DNA of 64,000 bases from NCBI GenBank assembly GCA_963712965.1, contig CAVQJZ010000007.1, positions 205,365-269,364 on the forward strand, written 5' to 3'. Numbering within the stretch: position 1 is the first letter of the stretch; each line of letters begins with the position of its first letter. Shown in pieces: positions 12,614 to 24,090 of the stretch. Made by a program: the position numbers and the translations under genes. Origin of the DNA: an uncultured Pseudomonadota bacterium (GTDB taxonomy: Bacteria; Pseudomonadota; Gammaproteobacteria; DASZBR01). Below the pieces are notes generated by a model. That model did not search any database and was not told where the DNA came from. It saw only the letters and a program-made list of their open reading frames with translations.

Positions 12614-13285
12614 ATGTTTATGGAAGATATTAACATTATTGCGCAAAGAATAGCGGATTTGCATGAACAAATAGAAACACACATGCATGAATCTCAAGCA
12701 AAACAAAATCAATTTGATACCATGCTTTCTCACCGACGAACGGTTGTTGATGAAAAATTAAAAACTATTGCCACGGATATTCACTCTTTTCGCTCTATTA
12801 TGAGTCGCACGGGTTTTCATGAGTGGCGCCAAGAATCAGAACGATTCGCACAACAAACATCCCACGAACTACAAATACTCAGCAATACCTATCAGCAGGT
12901 GAAAGCCAGCGTCATGCAAGGCTGTGAAAGCTTACAGCACGCCTCTATGAATACTGTAAAAACCGTGGCTAAGCTCGTTAGCTCATTCCGTGGCAATGAT
13001 TTCAAACGTGTTACTGACAAACACACAGACGAGCTAAAAGAAATCTCTCAAGCTAATTTGAGCCAAATTGAACACGCGGTGCATCGATTTCACTGGAAAA
13101 ATCTCACCATGGTTGTCATCATTACTCTAATCGTTTCATTTTTAACGAGCGTTTATATTGATGGTGAGTTACCCTGGCAGATGCATCGACAAATAGTGCG
13201 TGAGCGTGAAGCGGGTAAAGCACTCACACATGATTGGACCAAACTTTCACAGGCCGATCAAAAAACGATTATCAACGACGCTTAG
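12614..13285 (+). CDS. hypothetical coiled-coil protein with a C-terminal transmembrane anchor (paralog 1 of a tandem pair)
   Basis: ORF 12599..13285. The C-terminus (FHWKNLTMVVIITLIVSFLTSVYIDGELPWQMH) is shared with the next ORF. No family recognised. Confidence 0.55.
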   Translation: MFMEDINIIAQRIADLHEQIETHMHESQAKQNQFDTMLSHRRTVVDEKLKTIATDIHSFRSIMSRTGFHEWRQESERFAQQTSHELQILSNTYQQVKASVMQGCESLQHASMNTVKTVAKLVSSFRGNDFKRVTDKHTDELKEISQANLSQIEHAVHRFHWKNLTMVVIITLIVSFLTSVYIDGELPWQMHRQIVREREAGKALTHDWTKLSQADQKTIINDA

Positions 13286-13304
13286 TTAATAAACAGGAAA
13301 ATTT

Positions 13305-14730
<1,426 letters not shown>

Positions 14731-14740
14731 AGGGGTAACA

Positions 14741-14780
14741 AAAAAGGCGCTTTTTATTTTTTGGTAAAAAGCGCCTTTTT
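14741..14780. terminator. inverted repeat aaaaaggcgc...gcgccttttt downstream of the HU-like gene
   Basis: 10-bp stem flanked by A/T runs, seen directly. Confidence 0.55.
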
Positions 14781-14787
14781 ACTAAGA

Positions 14788-15180
14788 TTACAAATTAACG
14801 CTATCTTTCAATGATCTTAATGCAGTGATCTTAACTACTGTACGAGCTGGTTTCGCAGCAATAGTAATTTGTTCACCGGTGGCAGGATTACGGCCAAGAC
14901 GTTTTTTGGTCGCTGGACGCATTTTGCGTTTTACACGAACGCCTGTTTCAGGAATAGTAAATTCACCAGAACCACGTTTTCTCATGTGACGTACGATGTG
15001 CTGGCCTAATGACGCGAATACAGTAGCTATTTCTTTCTTAGCTAAACCTGTGTCATCTGCAATTGAAGATAAAATAGAACTTTTGGTTTGTTTGTCAGAA
15101 ATCGCTTTTGAAGAAAAACTAGTTGTTGATGATTTAGATACCTTACTCGTTCTCTTACTCTTGCCAGCTTTTTTAGCCAT
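14788..15180 (-). CDS. HU/IHF-family DNA-binding protein with a ~35-aa Lys/Ser-rich N-terminal tail
   Basis: C-terminal GFGTF-like beta-arm region (RNPATGEQITIAAKPARTVVKITALRSLKD); N-terminal MAKKAGKSKRTSKVSKSS... histone-H1-like tail. Confidence 0.75.
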   Translation of the reverse strand: MAKKAGKSKRTSKVSKSSTTSFSSKAISDKQTKSSILSSIADDTGLAKKEIATVFASLGQHIVRHMRKRGSGEFTIPETGVRVKRKMRPATKKRLGRNPATGEQITIAAKPARTVVKITALRSLKDSVNL

Positions 15181-15340
15181 ACATCCATCCTTCCCAATTT
15201 AAAGTTTAATAAAACCCGGCAATCATGTTACCGGCATTAAAGAAGTTGCTATGTTAATCATTTTATTGGTTTTTGCAAGCAATTATTACATTGCCCTTAA
15301 TTTTTTTCGTGTAAGATAGCGCGTTTGATATTTTATTTAC

Positions 15341-16201
15341 TTGAATAATTGGGGAAAAACGACCGTGTCCACCAAACCACTTTCCTTGAAAAACATTGAA
15401 AAAAAACTACTGCATTATACGGGCAAAGCCATCAGTGATTATCGTATGATACAACCTCACGATAAAATTCTCGTGTGCCTTTCTGGTGGAAAAGATTCTT
15501 TTACGATGTTAACTTTACTGCGTATTTTACAGGCTAAAACGCGTGTTCCCTTTGAATTACACGCCTTCACTTTAGATCAAGGACAACCCGGTTGGAATGA
15601 CGCTGCATTGCGCCAATGGTTAACAGAACGTGATATTCCACATACTATTTTGCATCGCGACACATACACTATTGTGAAAGAAAAAATTCCTGAAGGCAGC
15701 ACTTATTGTTCGCTATGTTCAAGATTACGTCGTGGCAATATTTATACCTTTGCCAGAGAAAATGGCTTTAATAAAATTGCGCTGGGTCATCATCGCGATG
15801 ACTTGATTACCACCTTACTCATGTCTGTCTTTTACAATGGCGAAATTCGTTCCATGCCACCAAAACTACTGACAGATAATCAACAACACATCGTCATTCG
15901 TCCACTGAGTTATTGCCAAGAACAAGATATCGCGCGCTTTGCAACGTTAATGGAATACCCGATTATTCCGTGTAATTTATGCGGTTCTCAAGAAAACCTG
16001 ATGCGCAAAAAAGTTAAAAATCTCATTGCCGAATTAGCCAAAGAAAACCCCAAAGTACCCAGCAACATGTTACACGCCTTAAGCAGCATTAAACCTAGTC
16101 AATTAATGGATAAAAACCTATGGGATTTTAAAGGCTTAGAAACCAAGCAACTTTCTACTTCAGCCATTCAGGCAGAGGAATCTCTCGATGCCCTTTTCTA
16201 A
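15341..16201 (+). CDS. ttcA: tRNA 2-thiocytidine(32) synthetase
   Basis: PP-loop SGGKDS and two CxxC pairs (CSLCSRL, CNLCGSQ). Confidence 0.85.
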   Translation: MNNWGKTTVSTKPLSLKNIEKKLLHYTGKAISDYRMIQPHDKILVCLSGGKDSFTMLTLLRILQAKTRVPFELHAFTLDQGQPGWNDAALRQWLTERDIPHTILHRDTYTIVKEKIPEGSTYCSLCSRLRRGNIYTFARENGFNKIALGHHRDDLITTLLMSVFYNGEIRSMPPKLLTDNQQHIVIRPLSYCQEQDIARFATLMEYPIIPCNLCGSQENLMRKKVKNLIAELAKENPKVPSNMLHALSSIKPSQLMDKNLWDFKGLETKQLSTSAIQAEESLDALF

Positions 16202-17261
16202 TACGAACAAAGTCATTGTTGCTATGTCAGGTGGTGTTGATTCTTCCGTCGCCGCGCTTTTATTAAAACAACAAGGCTGGCGTGTTGAAGGTTTGTTCAT
16301 GAAAAATTGGGAAGAAGATGATACATCAACTTATTGTTCCGCGGCACAAGATGTGGCGGATGCAAAAGCGGTGTGCGATCGCTTAGCCATTCCTTTACAT
16401 ACTATTAATTTTGCGGCGGAATATTGGGACAATGTTTTTGCTTATTTTTTACAAGAATACAAAGCGGGTCGCACACCCAATCCCGATGTTTTGTGTAATC
16501 GTGAAATTAAATTTAAAGCTTGTTTAGATTACGCCACACAATTAGGTGGCCATTATTTTGCTACCGGTCACTACGCGCGCTTGGTTGATGGGCAATTATT
16601 AAAAGCGCTCGATGCCAACAAAGACCAAACTTATTTTTTACATCGTGTACCACGCGCGCAGTTTGCCCATACGTTATTTCCGATTGGTTCATTGCCTAAA
16701 CCAGACGTGCGAAAAATTGCCGCGCGCGAAGGTTTAATTAATCACAATAAAAAAGACAGCACTGGCATATGTTTTATTGGCGAACGTAAATTTAAAACAT
16801 TTCTCGCCACTTATTTACCCGCGCAACCTGGAAACATTGAAACGACTGAGGGGAAAATTATTGGCCGTCATGATGGATTAATGTATTACACCATTGGTCA
16901 ACGCCAAGGATTATTCATTGGCGGTCAACGCCAAAGTAATGGCAAACCTTGGTATGTGGCGCAAAAAGATTTAACGCGCAATGTATTAGTTATCGTGCAA
17001 GGTCATCATGATCCGTTGTTATATCAAGATAACTTGCAGTGTGAACAATTAAATTGGTTAACCGAACATCCGCCCACATTTCCATTAATTTGTTACGCCA
17101 AAACGCGTTATCGGCAAACCGAACAACGCTGCACGGTAACCACGACCAATGAAAATCAATTTCATGTGCAATTCGAACAACCACAATGGGCAATTACGCC
17201 TGGGCAATCCGTTGTTTTTTATCAAGATGATAAATGTTTAGGTGGTGGTGTGATTTTATAG
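16188..17261 (+). CDS. mnmA: tRNA-specific 2-thiouridylase
   Basis: PP-loop [10 protein letters not shown] and the conserved GHYAR block. Confidence 0.9.
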   Translation: MPFSNTNKVIVAMSGGVDSSVAALLLKQQGWRVEGLFMKNWEEDDTSTYCSAAQDVADAKAVCDRLAIPLHTINFAAEYWDNVFAYFLQEYKAGRTPNPDVLCNREIKFKACLDYATQLGGHYFATGHYARLVDGQLLKALDANKDQTYFLHRVPRAQFAHTLFPIGSLPKPDVRKIAAREGLINHNKKDSTGICFIGERKFKTFLATYLPAQPGNIETTEGKIIGRHDGLMYYTIGQRQGLFIGGQRQSNGKPWYVAQKDLTRNVLVIVQGHHDPLLYQDNLQCEQLNWLTEHPPTFPLICYAKTRYRQTEQRCTVTTTNENQFHVQFEQPQWAITPGQSVVFYQDDKCLGGGVIL

Positions 17262-17277
17262 TTTTGTAGTCTTGTCA

Positions 17278-18309
17278 TCACGCACTAATCTTCAACAACT
17301 CCATATATTTTTCATACAATGCATCGACATTTTTGGGATCCGTTTCTAACTGCGCACGTGCCAATACTTTTGCCGATGGATAAATAGTTGTGTTGTTGCG
17401 CACATTTGCTGGCAATAATTTAAGTGCCGCAATATTCGGCGAAGCATAACCCAAATCTTGACTTAGCTTCGCTGCAATATCAGGGCGCAATAAAAAATTA
17501 ATAAATTGATAAGCATTGGATAAATGCGGTGCATTTTTAGGCACGGCCAAACAATCGACCCATAGGGTAAATCCCTCTTTAGGATAAATATAAACAAGAT
17601 GTGGATTTTCTTGCTGCGCCACATAGGCATCGCCACTATATATCATACCGATGGTAGCATCTTCATCAATGTACGTTGCTTTCGCCGCATCTGCATTAAA
17701 CAATTTTACATTAGGCAGCAACTGCTTAAGTTTTAAATAGGCTTGGTGAATATGTTCCGGGCTTGAATCACTTGCCGGATAACCCAATGTCATTAATGCC
17801 ATAGAAAATACATCATGCGTATCGTCGAGAATTAATAACTGATTTTTAAATTCCGGTTTCCAAAAGTCAGCCCAACGCGTGATTTTTTTAGGATCGTAAT
17901 AACGATCATTAACGACCATGGCGGTCGTTCCCCAAAAATAAGGAACGGTATACTCGTTATGTGGGTCAAATGATTTATTGAGCAACGCAGGATTTAAGTT
18001 TTTAAAGTTAGGTAATTTGGCTTTATCCAACTTATGTAACATATTTTGATCGCGCATGCGCGCGACAAAATAACTGGTCGGCACGATGATGTCATACCCC
18101 GCATTGGGATCCACTTTTAATTTTGCATACAAACTGTTATTGCCGGTAAACGTCGCGTAGTTGACATGGATGCCAGTTTCCTTTTCAAATTGTTTTAAGA
18201 TATCGCTGCTCATGTAGTTGGCCCAATTATAAATATTGAGCACTTTGTCGTTAGCAAAAACACTCGAGCTTATCAATAACAAGACAAACGCCAACAAGAT
18301 CCTTTTCAT
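17278..18309 (-). CDS. spermidine/putrescine ABC-transporter periplasmic binding protein (PotD/PotF-like), orphan
   Basis: ORF 17278..18330. Start at MKRILLAF with a signal peptide; PotD-family motifs. No permease or ATPase genes are adjacent. Confidence 0.7.
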   Translation of the reverse strand: MKRILLAFVLLLISSSVFANDKVLNIYNWANYMSSDILKQFEKETGIHVNYATFTGNNSLYAKLKVDPNAGYDIIVPTSYFVARMRDQNMLHKLDKAKLPNFKNLNPALLNKSFDPHNEYTVPYFWGTTAMVVNDRYYDPKKITRWADFWKPEFKNQLLILDDTHDVFSMALMTLGYPASDSSPEHIHQAYLKLKQLLPNVKLFNADAAKATYIDEDATIGMIYSGDAYVAQQENPHLVYIYPKEGFTLWVDCLAVPKNAPHLSNAYQFINFLLRPDIAAKLSQDLGYASPNIAALKLLPANVRNNTTIYPSAKVLARAQLETDPKNVDALYEKYMELLKISA

Positions 18310-18394
18310 GTGATGCGAACACTCCAACAAAATAATGAGTTGAAAAACCGCATCATGTCATTCATGATTTCCCTTAGCAAGCGGAGGAAAATCC

Positions 18395-19189
18395 ATGCAA
18401 CAATATCAAGACTTTTTGCGCACCATTCTCGCCAACGGCGCACGCAAAAATGATCGCACGAATACGGGAGTCATAAGCATTTTTGGTCATCAAATGCGTT
18501 TTGATTTAAGCAAGGGATTCCCCACCGTGACCACTAAAAAACTGCATTTACGCAGTATTATTCATGAATTATTATGGTTTTTGCGTGGCGAAACTAACGT
18601 GCGCTACTTGCACGAAAATAATGTTTCTATTTGGGATGAATGGGCCAACGACCAAGGTGATTTAGGTCCTGTTTATGGCAAACAGTGGCGTCGCTGGGAA
18701 ACCGCTGATGGCCGCTCGATTGATCAAATACAAAAAGTCGTTGATGAAATCAAAACTAATCCTGATTCCAGACGCTTAATTGTCAACAGCTGGAATGTCG
18801 GTGAATTAGCACAAATGGCACTCACCCCTTGCCATTGTTTATTTCAATTTTTTGTGACCAATAACAAACTTTCTTGTCAGTTATATCAACGCAGTGCGGA
18901 TGGTTTTTTAGGTGTGCCTTTTAATATCGCCTCTTATGCGTTACTCACTCACATGATTGCTCAACAAACCAATCTTGATGTAGGTGAATTTATTTGGACA
19001 GGCGGTGATTGCCATATTTATATTAACCATCTCGAACAAGTGGATACATTACTTGCGCGCACGCCTTATCCACTGCCACAATTAAAAATTCGGCGTCAGC
19101 CTGATTCACTGTTTGATTATCATTATGACGATTTTGAAATCATCGATTATCAATCACACCCTAAAATTGATGCGCCAATTGCCGTATAA
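18395..19189 (+). CDS. thyA: thymidylate synthase
   Basis: 264 aa; the conserved ThyA sequence with active-site Cys ([10 protein letters not shown]) is present. Confidence 0.92.
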   Translation: MQQYQDFLRTILANGARKNDRTNTGVISIFGHQMRFDLSKGFPTVTTKKLHLRSIIHELLWFLRGETNVRYLHENNVSIWDEWANDQGDLGPVYGKQWRRWETADGRSIDQIQKVVDEIKTNPDSRRLIVNSWNVGELAQMALTPCHCLFQFFVTNNKLSCQLYQRSADGFLGVPFNIASYALLTHMIAQQTNLDVGEFIWTGGDCHIYINHLEQVDTLLARTPYPLPQLKIRRQPDSLFDYHYDDFEIIDYQSHPKIDAPIAV

Positions 19190-19204
19190 ATAAGGATATG
19201 CCTT

Positions 19205-20284
19205 GTGAATCTAGCCTTTTGTTTATTTCGTTATTTTCCCTTTGGCGGATTGCAAAAAGATTTTTTAGCCATTGCGCAAGCATGCGCCGAACGCGGGCAT
19301 ACTGTTTCTGTTTTTACTATGGAATGGCAAGGCGAAGTGCCAAAAAATTTTATTTTACAACTCATTCCAAAACAAGGGTTGACCAACCACACACAAGCAC
19401 TAAATTTTGCTAAACAATGCAACACTTATTTACAATCACGCACGTTTGACGTTGTCATCGGCTTTGACAAAATGCCCGGCCTTGATATTTATTTTGCCGG
19501 TGATGTTTGTTTAAAAAAAGAAGTGGCGGACTCCATAAAACGTTGGCTACCTCGCTACCGAACATTACTACAACTAGAAAATACTATTTTCTCGCCCGAT
19601 CAAAAAACACACGCATTATTCTTAAACAAACAACAACAACATGATTTTATTCATTGTTATCAAACACCCTTTTCACGCGCTCATTTATTAAAACCCGGCT
19701 TGGAAAAAAATTGGCGTTACCCTCTCGATGCTTCAACCATTCGCGCGCAAATTCGTCGTGAATTAAATATTCCCGAAGATAAATTATTATTTTTGATGGT
19801 ATGTGGTTATTTCAACATTAAAGGCGTTGATCGCACGATTAAAGCAGTTGCTGCATTGCCTGAAAATATAAAAAATAATGTAGAAGTCATCATCTTAGGT
19901 GGCGACAAACCAATAGCAGCAGAAAAAAATATTCATTTTCTTGGCGCCAAAAAAGAAACGAAAAATTATTATCTTGCAGCAGATTTATTCATTCACCCGG
20001 CACGCAAAGAAGCCGCTGGAAAAGTTTTATTAGAAGCATTAAGTATGGGATTACCTGTCATTACCACAGATGTGTGTGGTTACGCTGACCAAATCATGCT
20101 GGCTAATGCGGGCACAGTTCTTGCGTCACCGTTTGATCAATCGACATTAAACCAAGCGCTCATCGATGCTTTACCCAAACTATCTTTCTGGGCAAAAAAT
20201 GCGCTACATTACGGCAACGCGCACTTAAGTGAATTCTATTCACCAATCGTAGACTTTGTTGAACAGTTTAGGAAAACAACGTGA
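19205..20284 (+). CDS. glycosyltransferase family 1, LPS core glucosyltransferase WaaG-like
   Basis: GTG start. N-terminal YFPFGGLQKDF resembles WaaG; C-terminal GT1 EX7E region. Confidence 0.7.
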   Translation: MNLAFCLFRYFPFGGLQKDFLAIAQACAERGHTVSVFTMEWQGEVPKNFILQLIPKQGLTNHTQALNFAKQCNTYLQSRTFDVVIGFDKMPGLDIYFAGDVCLKKEVADSIKRWLPRYRTLLQLENTIFSPDQKTHALFLNKQQQHDFIHCYQTPFSRAHLLKPGLEKNWRYPLDASTIRAQIRRELNIPEDKLLFLMVCGYFNIKGVDRTIKAVAALPENIKNNVEVIILGGDKPIAAEKNIHFLGAKKETKNYYLAADLFIHPARKEAAGKVLLEALSMGLPVITTDVCGYADQIMLANAGTVLASPFDQSTLNQALIDALPKLSFWAKNALHYGNAHLSEFYSPIVDFVEQFRKTT

Positions 20285-21075
20285 TTATTGAATTACCTCC
20301 GCAATGGTTAGCACGCTGGCAACATCCTGATCCTTTTTGGCATGTGCTTCATTTGCAAGGTAAAATTTTTCGCGAACAACCAGGGCGTAAAACATTGCGC
20401 TTTACTCTAGAAGATGAAAATTATTTTGTTAAAATGCATTTTGGTGTGGGTTGGCGTGAAATCATTAAAAATCTTTCACAAGGTCGTCTGCCTGTCCTGG
20501 GTGCAAAAAATGAATATATTGCCATACGTCGTTTAGAACATTTTGGCTTCACACCAACTATTGTCGGTTATGGGTTACGTGGTAAAAATCCAGCCACGCA
20601 ACAATCATTTATTATTACGAAAGAATTAGATTGCACCATAAGTCTTGAAGATTTCTGTCGCGATTGGCCAACAGTGGCGCCTGATTCTGCGCTCAAAGCC
20701 GCGTTGATTAAAAAGATAGCATTAATTGCCAAAAATATTCACGACCAAGGCATTAATCATCGTGATTTTTATTTATGTCATTTTTTATTAGACTTAACCG
20801 GTGGGCGCGATTTATTGGATCCTGATGCATTAAACTTGTATGTCATTGATTGGCATCGTGCGCAGACACGCGCCAAAATACCTTTACGTTGGCGCATTAA
20901 AGATATCGCCGGCCTTTATTTTTCTGCGATGGATATTGGTTTAAGCCCCGAAGATTTGCAATTGTTCATGTATCATTATGATTCGCAAATGAGCCAACAT
21001 TTTTGGTGGCAAGTGAAAAGACGTGCGCACAAACTTTATCGTAAAATTCATCATTATTCACCCAAGGGAGCATGA
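20281..21075 (+). CDS. LPS core heptose(I) kinase WaaP/RfaP-like
   Basis: 264 aa. Strong similarity in motif blocks to E. coli WaaP (KDPFxxV, TLRFxxxxxxYFxKxH, INHRDxYxCHFLL). Start codon overlaps the previous gene's stop. Confidence 0.7.
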   Translation: MIIELPPQWLARWQHPDPFWHVLHLQGKIFREQPGRKTLRFTLEDENYFVKMHFGVGWREIIKNLSQGRLPVLGAKNEYIAIRRLEHFGFTPTIVGYGLRGKNPATQQSFIITKELDCTISLEDFCRDWPTVAPDSALKAALIKKIALIAKNIHDQGINHRDFYLCHFLLDLTGGRDLLDPDALNLYVIDWHRAQTRAKIPLRWRIKDIAGLYFSAMDIGLSPEDLQLFMYHYDSQMSQHFWWQVKRRAHKLYRKIHHYSPKGA

Positions 21076-22043
21076 TAGCAATGTTCGAACAGAAGAAAAT
21101 TCTGATGGTATTGCCCGAACGTTTGGGTGACACTCTTATGACAACTCCCGCGATTCATTACCTCAAACATTATTATCCTAACGCACAAGTTGATGTCATC
21201 TGTGTTTCAGATTTATGCGCTGACACCGTTAAAAATAATCCCGATATCAAACGTATTTTTATTTCCCCCAGTCACAAAACAGCGATGGATTTAGCCGGTC
21301 ATTACGACATCGGCATTAATATTCATGACGGGCCTCAAGCACGCGAATATTTTTCTTTATTAAAATTAGATCCGTATCAAATAGAACCAGCCGATCAACA
21401 ACAACATCAAGCCGAACAAGCATTACGTTTTATGCAGCGTTTGTTACCAGGCAGCCCCGATATTGTAGAACGACAATATCGCATTTTTCCGCACGCTAAT
21501 GATTTTAAATATATTGAAAGCATTCTGGCTGAAAATCATATTGATCTAAAAAAAGATATTTTAATCGGCTGTCATTTAGGTTGTCATAGTGTTGCCAAAC
21601 GTGGTTATAAAATTTGGCGCAAACCTTCACATCCGAAAGTGTGGCCATTTAATAACATTATTGCGTTGGCACAACGTTTGCAAAAACACAACCCGCATAT
21701 TCATTTAGTCGTTACAGGATCCAACAGCGAACAAGTATTGGCAAAAAAATTATGCAAAAAAGTTCCCGGCACCATTAATTTAATTGATCAAACTACTGTC
21801 GCGCAATTAGCCGCGCTGATGAAATACCTCAACGTATTTATTACACCTGATACGGGTGTTATGCATGTTGCTTGCAGCACACACGTGCCGATGATTGCTT
21901 TATTCGGCCCGACATCACTTACCCGCACTGGCCCTTATCCGGAATTGGAAAATTTAACATTGCTGCAAGCACCAAGAATGGAAGATATTTCTGTCGATGA
22001 AGTATTTAACGCGGTGTTGAAAAAGATAGAACCCAGCAAATAA
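21072..22043 (+). CDS. glycosyltransferase family 9 (LPS heptosyltransferase)
   Basis: GT9 features: N-terminal ILMVLPERLGDTLMTTPA, C-terminal DTGVMHVA. Confidence 0.75.
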   Translation: MIAMFEQKKILMVLPERLGDTLMTTPAIHYLKHYYPNAQVDVICVSDLCADTVKNNPDIKRIFISPSHKTAMDLAGHYDIGINIHDGPQAREYFSLLKLDPYQIEPADQQQHQAEQALRFMQRLLPGSPDIVERQYRIFPHANDFKYIESILAENHIDLKKDILIGCHLGCHSVAKRGYKIWRKPSHPKVWPFNNIIALAQRLQKHNPHIHLVVTGSNSEQVLAKKLCKKVPGTINLIDQTTVAQLAALMKYLNVFITPDTGVMHVACSTHVPMIALFGPTSLTRTGPYPELENLTLLQAPRMEDISVDEVFNAVLKKIEPSK

Positions 22044-22048
22044 TCTCT

Positions 22049-22110
22049 TGTCATTGCGAGGAGTCTACCGCAGCGAAGCGAAGGTAGACGACGTGGCAAT
22101 CTAAATCGCA
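22049..22110. repeat. REP-like palindromic element of the 'GTCATTGCGAGG' family
   Basis: gtcattgcgagg + hairpin gtctacc...ggtagac + cgtggcaatc. Related modules occur at 32088, 34272 and 60226. Confidence 0.6.
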
Positions 22111-22215
22111 TTTTTGGAACTAAAAAATATTTCCTATTTTCTCCTGCACAAACCTTATCGTTAACTATACTAATACTGCAAAAGCATTTTTTTATTTGGT
22201 CGGCAGGAGGGTATT

Positions 22216-22992
22216 ATGAATAACAAAGAATCACTTTTATCTTTAATAACACAACTAATTTTTTTAATCAGAACAATGATCAAAGCTACCGGTCCGAAAA
22301 AAAATGAAGACCAATGGCAAAATCCAGAAATTTGGGAAGAGAACATAATCAAAGATCTCGAATCATTGAGTAAACACTACAAAGAACGAGACACTCGAGA
22401 AGACTTAGCAGAAATACTGATAGGGTTTGCGAAATATTTCGACTATTACTCACTTGATTGGGCAAAACCTAGAGATCGCAAAGAATTCCATAAAAAAATT
22501 AAAAATATTGTCAGTAAAGCAACAAAAATTTTATCTGGGCGGCAATATGCGATATTTAAAAAATGTGGCAAACATGAAGATACGGCATGCCATTTAACCG
22601 AGAACAACGATCGACATAACCAACAACATGCAGTAAATTTTTATCCTCACCCTATACATCATACATTGAAACCCGGTGATAAACTTATACGTATAATTGG
22701 CATAAAAAATACCCCTTATGGTTCTTATTGGTTTCTCGAAAAGAATCTTCCCGAATCAAAAGAAGAATGGCGATCATTATTTGCAGTTTTATCCAACTGG
22801 AATGATGGAACTCATTACGTGATACTAACAATTGAAAAAGAAATTCAAACCTGGCGTGGAACTGCTGCAAACCAAAAAATCCCCTACGAGAAATGCTTCC
22901 TTACAGGCGGCGGACAACAAATTTGGATAAAGCCGAACATTATAAAAGGGATCAAACGAAAGATGATAAGCCAACCAAAAAAAATCTGGTGA
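22216..22992 (+). CDS. hypothetical protein (AT-rich accessory ORF); weak ADP-ribosyltransferase-like R / S-x-S / E-x-E spacing in the C-terminal half
   Basis: 258 aa, no recognised family. LIRIIG...YGSYWF...IEKEIQTW spacing is only suggestive. Confidence 0.45.
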   Translation: MNNKESLLSLITQLIFLIRTMIKATGPKKNEDQWQNPEIWEENIIKDLESLSKHYKERDTREDLAEILIGFAKYFDYYSLDWAKPRDRKEFHKKIKNIVSKATKILSGRQYAIFKKCGKHEDTACHLTENNDRHNQQHAVNFYPHPIHHTLKPGDKLIRIIGIKNTPYGSYWFLEKNLPESKEEWRSLFAVLSNWNDGTHYVILTIEKEIQTWRGTAANQKIPYEKCFLTGGGQQIWIKPNIIKGIKRKMISQPKKIW

Positions 22993-23099
22993 TTTTTGTT
23001 TTTTTGAGTTTCTACCACCTACGCTTCGTTTCGACAAGCCAACCCAACTTTTATCTACCGCAACAAACCAACGAAGATTTAAAAAAATCTTCCCTTTAC

Positions 23100-24065
23100 C
23101 TAAATGAAGGGAAAAATGTTTTCCCCCTTAACTATAATTTTATCGGGTTTAAATATTACTTCTGTGTTACTCTCGAATATATCCATTAACAAAGGCTTTT
23201 TTGCCGCCGAATTATGAACCAAAACAAAATCATTTTTTATTCCATTCCACACAATATTAGGCAACTCATCTGCTGATTCTAATAAAAAACCAGGATTAAC
23301 CCCCGAGAATAATACAGCACTAACCCAACTATATTCTTCGCTACCGAAAATATTACAAGGAATCAAAGCATCGCTTGTCGGTTTTTTATAATCTTCTTGG
23401 TACCCAAACCCTTTTGATCCTACTACTGGCTCACCAGAGAGTGGATCTATGTTTACTGTTAATTGATAGTCTCCGATGGGACATACAGTCTGAACTGCAT
23501 TATAAAGATCGCAATTGGCATAGAAAGGAAGCCCACCATACGACACAGCAAGTATGTAGCCAGCATCTTTACTTATCATAAAGTCTTGATGTTCTTTCAA
23601 TTTACGATCAACAACAGCACTAATTCTGGATTTTGCTTCTACACTTAATTTTTCATCGGAAGAACTCATGTTCCCATTGGAAAACTCGCGCGTAACTCTA
23701 TTAATTTCGGAGTTACTATTGGTTGGTGGATGAGCGCAAGTTGCTTCAACATAATATTCACAATTATTATTTAACCTTACTTTCCAATCTGGGCCATCAT
23801 TCGTGTGAGGATAGATATTAACGCCAACAGCTCTCCTGAGACGATCTAAGACAACAAACTCCCACAATCTCGAAGTAACTTGAGTTTTCTCTCCCTTCAA
23901 TACATCATCTAGAAACTTAGAATCCAACTCTCTGGAATACATCTTATATTTTTTAACAAGCTCTTCATGTATTTTTATTAAAAGATCCGGGCAATCTCTA
24001 CAAACAGAATCGCCAATTATTTTTTCAGCAAACAATTTAGCTTCATTCTCACTGAGGGGTTTCAT
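23100..24065 (-). CDS. hypothetical protein (AT-rich accessory ORF at the 3' end of the mrdA-rodA-mpl transcription unit)
   Basis: 321 aa; no recognised domain. Co-directional with mpl, 26 nt downstream of it. Confidence 0.45.
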   Translation of the reverse strand: MKPLSENEAKLFAEKIIGDSVCRDCPDLLIKIHEELVKKYKMYSRELDSKFLDDVLKGEKTQVTSRLWEFVVLDRLRRAVGVNIYPHTNDGPDWKVRLNNNCEYYVEATCAHPPTNSNSEINRVTREFSNGNMSSSDEKLSVEAKSRISAVVDRKLKEHQDFMISKDAGYILAVSYGGLPFYANCDLYNAVQTVCPIGDYQLTVNIDPLSGEPVVGSKGFGYQEDYKKPTSDALIPCNIFGSEEYSWVSAVLFSGVNPGFLLESADELPNIVWNGIKNDFVLVHNSAAKKPLLMDIFESNTEVIFKPDKIIVKGENIFPFI

Positions 24066-24090
24066 TCTCTCTCTTATTAATCCTTAGAAA

